From a virus (Duplodnaviria > Caudoviricetes), in IMG/VR virus record IMGVR_UViG_3300028025_002032, positions 1 through 31,581 of that record: a stretch of 31,581 nucleotides of DNA; one strand, given 5' to 3'. Position 1 is the first letter of the stretch. Each line of letters starts with the position of its first letter. The notes beneath the pieces were generated by a model. The model had not been told where the DNA came from, made no database searches, and was given only the letters and a program-made list of their open reading frames with translations. A program made the position numbers and the translations under genes. Positions 1 through 6,007 of this stretch are shown here, in pieces.

Positions 1-25
1 CTTAGCAACTGCGTAGGGCATCATG
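1..25 (-). CDS. 5' fragment of a gene running off the window edge (MMPYAVAK...)
   Basis: GAAAGG RBS-like sequence upstream of ATGATG on minus strand. Confidence 0.35.
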
Positions 26-84
26 CTTTACCTTTCTTAACCACACCCTCAACTGTCCCATTCCCATACGGACATTTGGGTTTG

Positions 85-813
85 TTACAAGCCTTTATCT
101 GCAAGGATGTGTACCGTTAGTGCTAGTACATCCTCTGGTTTCCGTAGGCCTTCGCTGACTATCATTCTGAACTGGGCATCCAGCTGATCCGTGTATTGTT
201 GCCATGCAACATTGCTGCGTTGCACCAACATTACAGCATCTTTATCATTTTCACTTATTACCTTTTCTTCTTTAAACCACCTTACATACATATCCTGTAT
301 GTCCTTCGTCTTGTTATCGTTGATAGCATCCTTAACCTTATAGCTTTTCTCTATAGGCTTTACAGTACGCATAGTTTTCTTTAATGGCTTTATATTCATA
401 CGGTCTAGCTCCTCTTTTAACATCGTTGGTGATTTCAATTCATCCTGATTGCCGAGTATTGCAAGGGCATCAGTCGCTGATATATCTGGGTCATAGATGA
501 TTCGTAGGGTATCTGTCCTCTGTCCCATGTAGCCACGCTTGATGACCTCCACATAACCCTTTTGTTTGAGCTGTCGCATCTGCTGACTGATGGCTGACTT
601 AGATACTCCCAGCTCTTTGGCTAGTGTTGTGCCAGCAACCCAGGTAATTCCAGCTCTGTTGGCGTATGAACACAGTAAACCCAGTACTCTAATTGACTGA
701 TTATATAAAGTCTTGTCTCTTAAAGCTCGTAGTGGTAAGACCGCTATCTTTCTCTGGTCTGGTGGTTTAGCTTTTAACTTAATCTTTGGTTGTTTAGGAA
801 TCGTAAACGTCAT
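85..813 (-). CDS. HTH-domain protein, probable phage replication initiator/replisome organiser
   Basis: N-terminal wHTH-like segment (TLAKELGVSKSAISQQMRQLKQKGYVEV); context of replication/recombination genes. Confidence 0.65.
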   Translation of the reverse strand: MTFTIPKQPKIKLKAKPPDQRKIAVLPLRALRDKTLYNQSIRVLGLLCSYANRAGITWVAGTTLAKELGVSKSAISQQMRQLKQKGYVEVIKRGYMGQRTDTLRIIYDPDISATDALAILGNQDELKSPTMLKEELDRMNIKPLKKTMRTVKPIEKSYKVKDAINDNKTKDIQDMYVRWFKEEKVISENDKDAVMLVQRSNVAWQQYTDQLDAQFRMIVSEGLRKPEDVLALTVHILADKGL

Positions 814-1018
814 GAGAACCTAACCCCATAAAAAAAGGGTTAAATCACTTTCGTGATGTGCTGGTCGTTTATCTAAGGTTGGATAGTAATGTCTCACTAT
901 CTCCAGTACTGTGGGTCCGATTGATTGAACAATGGTCATCCCTACTGATTCACCTACGTTTATCCAGGTCTGGTAGCACTCCATTCCTGAGAGCTGGGTC
1001 ATGGCTCCGTCAGTCATC

Positions 1019-1047
1019 TTTCTAGCAGAGTTTGTAATAATTCTCAA
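1019..1047 (-). promoter_or_regulatory. Putative sigma70-type promoter TTGAGA-N17-TAGAAA with extended TG
   Basis: 17-bp spacing; TCTGCTAGAAA core is shared with the promoter upstream of the capsid gene. Confidence 0.5.
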
Positions 1048-1070
1048 TGAATAATTCCTATCGTTTATAC

Positions 1071-1250
1071 CTACTTGATAGGCGTATTCAATAACGCTAT
1101 CTCTGCCTTGAGTTCTGCTCTCTCGTTGGCAAGGTTCTCCAGAGCCGTGGCAGCCTTATCAATGAAGTACTGCTCCATTGGATATTCCACAGCCAATTGA
1201 TGTCTCAGGTAGTCTGCCAAAGCAAACACCTCATTGTTATTCAACTTCAT
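1071..1250 (-). CDS. Hypothetical protein, 59 aa (MKLNNNEVFALADYLRHQ...)
   Basis: Hand-translated; ATGA overlap with upstream gene; GGAGG upstream; C-terminal coiled-coil. Confidence 0.7.
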   Translation of the reverse strand: MKLNNNEVFALADYLRHQLAVEYPMEQYFIDKAATALENLANERAELKAEIALLNTPIK

Positions 1251-1411
1251 TCATCTACCTCCACAGTTAATTCAGCCTCAGATATCTCATAGGTATTCCA
1301 ACGATGCTCACAGTTGTGGCACTCTCTCCTACGCTTGATCCAGTTGTACTCCTTATGGTCTCTGGAATCCTTGACCACAATCTCATGGTTTCCACAGTTA
1401 GGGCAATTCAT
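1247..1411 (-). CDS. NrdR N-terminal-like zinc-ribbon protein, 54 aa
   Basis: Hand-translated MNCPNCGNHEIVVKDSRDHKEYNWIKRRRECHNCEHRWNTYE; CxxC..DSR..RRRECxxC..TxE pattern of NrdR zinc ribbon; not in ORF track. Confidence 0.8.
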   Translation of the reverse strand: MNCPNCGNHEIVVKDSRDHKEYNWIKRRRECHNCEHRWNTYEISEAELTVEVDE

Positions 1412-1739
1412 TCTCTAGTCTCCATATCTCTGTCATTGCATCTCTGAGTCTGTCATAAGCAGCTTTGCCACGCAGATTTGCCACTTCCGCAAGGTACAGC
1501 TGCCTAGTTCGTTTTGTTCTGAATCGCTTGAACACCCACTTGGCCTCTGTGTACATCCTAAATTCCTCTGAGTAGCTTGAGACAAGTTTCCCAGTTGGCA
1601 GACGAAGTAGCCTGGGGGATCCGTGAACTCTACGACAAGCGAGACAGCTCTCATCTACTTGCTCTCCCTCGCCAACTTCCTCTCGTAACACTCTCTGCAC
1701 ATCCATCTTCTTTGCTGGCCGTTTAGGCTTAGTATCCAT
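1398..1739 (-). CDS. Hypothetical phage protein (true start uncertain, probably downstream of 1739)
   Basis: Fills operon gap, CxxC and SYSEEFR..EAKWV segment; overlaps next gene start. Confidence 0.6.
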   Translation of the reverse strand: MDTKPKRPAKKMDVQRVLREEVGEGEQVDESCLACRRVHGSPRLLRLPTGKLVSSYSEEFRMYTEAKWVFKRFRTKRTRQLYLAEVANLRGKAAYDRLRDAMTEIWRLENELP

Positions 1740-1849
1740 TGACCACCCTTAGCTAACTTTCCAAATTGGCATTGAGAACACCAACGCTTGCCTGTTACAT
1801 TCTCCTCAGCCTTAATGGCCTTGGTGTACACATCCTTCTCATGGCTCAT
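1655..1849 (-). CDS. Small zinc-finger protein
   Basis: CSQC...CREC; ATGA overlap with methyltransferase stop. Confidence 0.75.
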   Translation of the reverse strand: MSHEKDVYTKAIKAEENVTGKRWCSQCQFGKLAKGGQWILSLNGQQRRWMCRECYERKLARESK

Positions 1850-3009
1850 TGAGATTCCTCAACCATCTTGATTCTTTCTCCAATCCATCGCATCACAGGG
1901 ACTGCCATTGAATTACCCATTGCCTTGTATCGCGGGCCATCAGGGCAGTTCTCTTTGATGTTTGTGTAGTTATCAGGGAAACCTTGTAACCTCTCACACT
2001 CAACTGGGGTTAGTCTGCGGACTGCCATGTTTGAAAACACTTGCTGGTCTTGCTGAACACTCAATGTAAAAGCTAGCTCATCTGAACCAAGATATCCCTT
2101 GCCACCACCTTCTTTGCCATATCTCATTTTCCAAGCATGAGCAACTCCATGCACATCAGTACGGTTCAAGGTAAAGGATTGCTCCTCTTTGTAGCCTGAG
2201 CCATTAGCGTTCTGACTTGTAGAGCCAGAACCTTGTAAAGCATAAGCAACATAAGTTTCATGTTCAGTTACGCCATTACCAACTCTACTGTAGTCACTTG
2301 CAGATGATGTAATCGTAGGACATTTATTGGCAGCATGAATAATTACCTTACCCTCTCCAGCATCTGAGGCTATTCCCTTGTAGTCTCTAGTGAGCAATGC
2401 TCCAACGATATTCGGAGTGCCGTAGGCAGTTGCTTGCCTCGGTTTTCTGCTCGCCTTAGTATCCCTTGACAGGCTTTCGGACTCAAAAAGAACCTTCGCG
2501 GTAGGTCGCCAGTCTCCAAGATGTCCGACAACAAAGACTCTACGCCTTCTTTGGGGGACTCCAAAGTGTTGAGCATCAAGCACTCTGTAGCTCCACCCAT
2601 AGCCGAGTTCTGCCAACGCTCCGAGGAAGGAACCAAAATCCCTTCCTTTGCCACTACTGAGGACACCTGGCACGTTTTCCCAAACGAACCACTTGGGTCT
2701 AAACTTGTCAAGAATCCCACAATAGACGAGAGCGAGGTTGCCTCTTGGATCCTCAAGCCCTTTTCTGAGTCCAGCGACTGAGAATGATTGACATGGGGTT
2801 CCTCCAACGAGTAAATCCAATCCGCTTGTACCAAAATTCCACTCCTTATACTTAGTCATGTCTCCAAGGTTAGGCACATCAGGATAATGATGAGCCAATA
2901 CCTGACTTGGAAACTTCTCTATTTCACTAAATGCCACAGGTTGCCAGCCTAATCCATGCCATGCAACTGTCGCAGCCTCTACTCCACTACAAACCGATAA
3001 ATATCTCAT
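1846..3009 (-). CDS. dcm: DNA (cytosine-5)-methyltransferase
   Basis: Motif I (CSGVEA), IV (GGTPCQSFS), VI (WENVPG), VIII (QRRRRVF), IX (RRLTPVECERLQGFP), X (GNSMAVPV). Confidence 0.95.
   Translation of the reverse strand: MRYLSVCSGVEAATVAWHGLGWQPVAFSEIEKFPSQVLAHHYPDVPNLGDMTKYKEWNFGTSGLDLLVGGTPCQSFSVAGLRKGLEDPRGNLALVYCGILDKFRPKWFVWENVPGVLSSGKGRDFGSFLGALAELGYGWSYRVLDAQHFGVPQRRRRVFVVGHLGDWRPTAKVLFESESLSRDTKASRKPRQATAYGTPNIVGALLTRDYKGIASDAGEGKVIIHAANKCPTITSSASDYSRVGNGVTEHETYVAYALQGSGSTSQNANGSGYKEEQSFTLNRTDVHGVAHAWKMRYGKEGGGKGYLGSDELAFTLSVQQDQQVFSNMAVRRLTPVECERLQGFPDNYTNIKENCPDGPRYKAMGNSMAVPVMRWIGERIKMVEESQ
2370..2834 (-). CDS. Nested out-of-frame gene resembling the M.EcoHK31I beta polypeptide
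   Basis: 154-codon alternative frame inside the MTase; AAGGAG 7 nt upstream of TTG start; WQNS..NTLE.P....LSDILET....FFLSPKAC.GILRRA..RGK.LP motif. Confidence 0.65.
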   Translation of the reverse strand: MVQADWIYSLEEPHVNHSQSLDSEKGLRIQEATSLSSIVGFLTSLDPSGSFGKTCQVSSVVAKEGILVPSSERWQNSAMGGATECLMLNTLESPKEGVESLLSDILETGDLPRRFFLSPKACQGILRRAENRGKQLPTALRISLEHCSLETTRE

Positions 3010-3356
3010 TCCATGACCTCTATCGTTACAACAATACGGCCATTCTTGATAGCCTCTCCACGGATAATGTGCAACTCATCCACCTGGGAATCATCGTCAT
3101 ACACGCCAGCCTCACAGAGCGAGTCCAGCACCGACTTAGCAAGGTTATCAATATCAAAGATACGCTTGCTCCTCGGTCTAATAATTAACGTCATCTTCAA
3201 TCTTGCATCTCCTAGCTTTGGCACATTGTTGGCAATCACATACTCAGCCACGGCTACCTTATATTCCCTACCTTTTGGAGATAAGTAAGTACTGAATTTG
3301 CCACGTCTCCAGTACGTATTAACTGATGGTGCATACGGTAGGTTCAATAGAATCAT
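3006..3356 (-). CDS. rusA: RusA-family Holliday junction resolvase
   Basis: PSVNTYWR N-terminus, DIDNLAKSVLDSL and DDSQV catalytic motifs. Confidence 0.9.
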   Translation of the reverse strand: MILLNLPYAPSVNTYWRRGKFSTYLSPKGREYKVAVAEYVIANNVPKLGDARLKMTLIIRPRSKRIFDIDNLAKSVLDSLCEAGVYDDDSQVDELHIIRGEAIKNGRIVVTIEVME

Positions 3357-3526
3357 CCTAAAAGCCTGTTGATCCTGTTGTCTAGGTCGCTATGCTTTGA
3401 CAGTCCATCCTGTAATAGCTGATTGATGATGGCTGCTTGAGGCTTTTTCTGCTCCTGTGCTGCCTTGATGAGCAGTTGCACCACGTCTGGTCTAAGTCTT
3501 ACTAGGAATGGCTTTAACTCTGACAT
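3353..3526 (-). CDS. Ribbon-helix-helix (Arc-like) DNA-binding protein
   Basis: MSELKPFLVRLRPDVVQLLIKAAQEQKKPQAAIINQLL strand-helix-helix pattern; GAGGAGG RBS before ATG at 3526. Confidence 0.7.
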   Translation of the reverse strand: MSELKPFLVRLRPDVVQLLIKAAQEQKKPQAAIINQLLQDGLSKHSDLDNRINRLLG

Positions 3527-3885
3527 ACATCCTCCTCTATTGGGTTTAACATCCACGCAGCTGCGATATCACATCTAGGAATCTTAGGCGTTACGGTCTC
3601 GTAACCACCTCTCTGGGCCTTTGGCACGTAGCCAGACCTACGGATCAACTCAACATCCTCTGCAAAACCAAACTTGTAGAGAGCTATCGGTCTATTGCAT
3701 CCCTCGGATCTACGCCAGCCACAGATGTGGACTAGCTTTTTATCACGCATATACGCCAGATAGTTCTTAAACGTACTCATTGCGATATCACATTCAATAC
3801 AAATCTGTGCGCCAGTCTTACCTTCATGCACGATTGTGGCCAGAATGTCCTGGCACAACGCTCTAAACTTGATACCTTTTTCCAT
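3514..3885 (-). CDS. Winged-helix-like DNA-binding protein
   Basis: TGAQICIECDIAMSTFKNYLAYMRDKKLVHICGW; AGAGGA RBS; first gene of leftward operon. Confidence 0.65.
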   Translation of the reverse strand: MEKGIKFRALCQDILATIVHEGKTGAQICIECDIAMSTFKNYLAYMRDKKLVHICGWRRSEGCNRPIALYKFGFAEDVELIRRSGYVPKAQRGGYETVTPKIPRCDIAAAWMLNPIEEDVCQS

Positions 3886-3905
3886 AAATCCTCTTATTTT
3901 TGTTA

Positions 3906-3987
3906 GGGTTGGGCTACTCGCTACGTCTGAAAACCAGCAGATTTCTACCTGGACATTTTTACGTCAGCATCCGCTTTCGCCCAGTCC
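3906..3987 (-). ncRNA. Candidate structured leader RNA with loop-E-like internal loop
   Basis: UGGGC-GAAA-GC...CUGA..[inner hairpin]..UCAG...GC-GAGUA-GCCCA nested pairing immediately after a promoter. Confidence 0.5.
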
Positions 3988-3989
3988 AA

Positions 3990-4018
3990 ACGATAAACGA
4001 ACACAACATATTGTGCAA
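3990..4018 (-). promoter_or_regulatory. Leftward sigma70 promoter TTGCAC-N17-TATCGT
   Basis: Near-consensus hexamers, 17-bp spacer, in divergent intergenic region. Confidence 0.6.
4002..4015. promoter_or_regulatory. Operator-like inverted repeat CACAA-N4-TTGTG (copy 1)
   Basis: CACAACATATTGTG overlapping the leftward promoter. Confidence 0.55.
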
Positions 4019-4061
4019 GCCCTGTAAATTATTTTACTAAAACTAGGGTTTACACCTATAC

Positions 4062-4081
4062 AAACACAACCTATTGTGTTT
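4062..4081. promoter_or_regulatory. Operator-like inverted repeat AAACACAA-N4-TTGTGTTT (copy 2)
   Basis: Perfect 8-4-8 palindrome abutting a rightward TATACT -10 hexamer (4081-4086). Confidence 0.6.
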
Positions 4082-4093
4082 ATACTCCATCTC

Positions 4094-4107
4094 AAGCGAT
4101 ATCGCTT
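4094..4107. promoter_or_regulatory. Perfect 14-bp palindrome AAGCGATATCGCTT
   Basis: Just downstream of rightward -10 element; possible repressor or recombinase site. Confidence 0.45.
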
Positions 4108-4133
4108 ACTACCCAGAAAGAGGAGTAATTAAG

Positions 4134-4367
4134 ATGAGTAACCAAGTAAATCAGATGTTAGGTTGTACAGAAGAATCAGTAGATTCATTATTCGTAACTG
4201 CATACAACATCAATATGCGTTTAGCTGGTATGTTGTCAGATGCTCAAGAGCTAATGGCAATGGGCAAGACAGAGCAAGCTACGCAAGTTATCAACCAAGT
4301 TAAGTATTACTTTTTTGAATACACAGATACACGCAATCAAGTATCAGTTCAGAAAGTAGAGGCTTAA
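4134..4367 (+). CDS. Hypothetical protein, 77 aa
   Basis: AGAGGAG RBS before ATG at 4134 (ORF-track start 4074 lies in the promoter). Confidence 0.8.
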   Translation: MSNQVNQMLGCTEESVDSLFVTAYNINMRLAGMLSDAQELMAMGKTEQATQVINQVKYYFFEYTDTRNQVSVQKVEA

Positions 4368-4368
4368 T

Positions 4369-5010
4369 ATGTTTGTAGCTTACTACCGTGTAAGCACTCA
4401 ACGTCAGGGCCAGTCAGGCCTTGGCCTTGAGGCTCAACAATCAGCCGTTAAGGCTTTCATCAAAGACCAGGTACTTGTCGCTGAGTTTACAGAGATAGAG
4501 TCTGGTCGCAAAAACAACCGCCCACAGCTGGCACAGGCCCTGGCTCTTGCTAAAAAGCATAAAGCCACATTGGTTATTGCCAAGCTGGATCGTCTTGCTC
4601 GTAACGTTCACTTCATCTCAGGTTTATTAGAGTCAAACGTGCAATTCGTGGCTGCCGATATGCCTGAGGCTGACCGTACATTCCTACAGATGGCAGCAGT
4701 ATTCGCTGAGTGGGAGGCAAAGAAGATATCAGAACGCACTAAATCAGCCCTACAGATGGCTAAAGCTCGTGGCACTAAGTTAGGTAGTCCAGCTCCACAG
4801 AACGGCTCTAAGGCTGGTTTAAACGCTATCCAAAGCCGTGTTGATAGTTATGTGATGCAGATGGCTCCAGTAATCAAGGAGTTTATCGGCATGGACTTGC
4901 GTTCAGTAGCTCAGGTATTGAGCCAGAGAGGGTTTAAAACGCCAAGAGGTAACACTCAATGGCATCCATCCCAGGTTGGGACATTAATGAGAAAGGTGCA
5001 GTATGCGTGA
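4369..5010 (+). CDS. Serine recombinase (resolvase/invertase family) with short C-terminal recombinase-like DNA-binding domain
   Basis: YYRVST catalytic Ser motif, AKLDRLARN, ISERTK; C-terminal LRSVA..L...G..TPRG..WH. Confidence 0.93.
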   Translation: MFVAYYRVSTQRQGQSGLGLEAQQSAVKAFIKDQVLVAEFTEIESGRKNNRPQLAQALALAKKHKATLVIAKLDRLARNVHFISGLLESNVQFVAADMPEADRTFLQMAAVFAEWEAKKISERTKSALQMAKARGTKLGSPAPQNGSKAGLNAIQSRVDSYVMQMAPVIKEFIGMDLRSVAQVLSQRGFKTPRGNTQWHPSQVGTLMRKVQYA

Positions 5011-5200
5011 ACTTATTTTGTACACATTGGCAGTTGCTTACCTAGTCGTTGGAGGGTTTGCAATCCTAATGATTATTGCTTTAGCTGGTTTGTGGATCCG
5101 TCATTGGTTTATTAAGTTATTTCCCAATACCTACAAAGGCATGGTCAGACGTAAGCGTGAGAAGTTAGTTGATAAATATTTAAGGAGTTTTGATAAATGA
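5003..5200 (+). CDS. Small membrane protein
   Basis: Long N-terminal hydrophobic helix, basic tail; AAAGG RBS. Confidence 0.7.
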   Translation: MRELILYTLAVAYLVVGGFAILMIIALAGLWIRHWFIKLFPNTYKGMVRRKREKLVDKYLRSFDK

Positions 5201-5319
5201 ATAAGTACGATTACACAGCAAAAGATTTGTGCGTTGCACCAAAAGAATCAACAAGCGATAAGGTTATTGCAACGGTTAGCCTTGTCGTTTTCTTAATCAT
5301 CGTTGCGATAGGGGTTTAA
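5197..5319 (+). CDS. Small membrane protein, 40 aa
   Basis: Hand-translated MNKYDYTAKDLCVAPKESTSDKVIATVSLVVFLIIVAIGV; AAGGAG RBS; ATGA overlap. Confidence 0.7.
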   Translation: MNKYDYTAKDLCVAPKESTSDKVIATVSLVVFLIIVAIGV

Positions 5320-5321
5320 AA

Positions 5322-5462
5322 ATGAAAAAAGTATTAATTGCATTAACAGTATTGATGATTTCAACAAGCTCATTTGCAGCTATCAGATGCGTACCTAGTG
5401 GTGGTGGTACTTGTTGCTGGGATACGGTTCGTGATGGCCCATTCAAACCATTGGGGTGCTAA
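5322..5462 (+). CDS. Secreted Cys-rich micro-protein, 46 aa
   Basis: Hand-translated MKKVLIALTVLMISTSSFA-AIRCVPSGGGTCCWDTVRDGPFKPLGC; classic Sec signal peptide. Confidence 0.75.
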   Translation: MKKVLIALTVLMISTSSFAAIRCVPSGGGTCCWDTVRDGPFKPLGC

Positions 5463-5464
5463 TC

Positions 5465-5635
5465 ATGGGAGTTCTAGATAACATCAATAAGCAATATGTC
5501 CCAGCTGCTAAGACAAATGTTTTGGAAACTTTCAAACGTTTGGGCTGGATTCCACCATCCGAGAGTCCAAAGATTCAAAAGAAATGGGCTAACTATCGTC
5601 ACCTTGCTGCTAGAAATGAGGGAAAAAATGTCTAA
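5465..5635 (+). CDS. Hypothetical protein, 56 aa
   Basis: Hand-translated MGVLDNINKQYVPAAKTNVLETFKRLGWIPPSE...; tightly packed in operon. Confidence 0.7.
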   Translation: MGVLDNINKQYVPAAKTNVLETFKRLGWIPPSESPKIQKKWANYRHLAARNEGKNV

Positions 5636-5837
5636 AACACGTACACAAAAAGAACAAGTCCTTGCTCACTTGCAAAAGCGTAAGAGCATTACATCTTGGG
5701 ATGCCATTCAGAAGTACGGCATCACACGCCTGGCGCATTACATCTACGTACTCAAAGATAGTTACAACATTCAGACTATCAATGAGAAAAGCGATGAATC
5801 ACGCTATGCACGATACGTCTATTTAGGGGAAAGATGA
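5628..5837 (+). CDS. Small winged-HTH domain protein
   Basis: TQKEQVLAHLQKRKSITSWDAIQKYGITRLAHYIYVLK; GAGGG RBS before ATG at 5628. Confidence 0.8.
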   Translation: MSKTRTQKEQVLAHLQKRKSITSWDAIQKYGITRLAHYIYVLKDSYNIQTINEKSDESRYARYVYLGER

Positions 5838-6007
5838 TGGATTATTCAGAATTGATTTTGGAATCAAACCGTTTGATAAGAGAGATCCACAAAGCCACTA
5901 CAGTTAGAAACTTTGAGATTGCAGAACAATACTCAGAGAACTTTGTTAGAGTGGCCAACTCTTTACAGCACACACTCACACTTATAAACGCAGAAGAAAG
6001 AGAATAA
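5837..6007 (+). CDS. Hypothetical protein, 56 aa
   Basis: Hand-translated MDYSELILESNRLIREIHKA...; overlaps with both neighbours. Confidence 0.7.
   Translation: MDYSELILESNRLIREIHKATTVRNFEIAEQYSENFVRVANSLQHTLTLINAEERE

Noticed and set aside
820-1047. 75-aa minus-strand ORF
   Set aside because: Starts at the TTG of a putative -35 box, no RBS, and covers a hairpin-rich region better explained as a leader; not fully excluded
1433-1654. 73-aa alternative-frame ORF
   Set aside because: Lies wholly within 1398-1739, whose product looks more protein-like and couples to the next gene
3836-4027. 63-aa plus-strand ORF
   Set aside because: Antisense to a gene start and crosses the promoter/leader region
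5496-5627. N-terminal extension of the 113-aa ORF
   Set aside because: Overlaps the 5465-5635 gene; RBS supports the start at 5628
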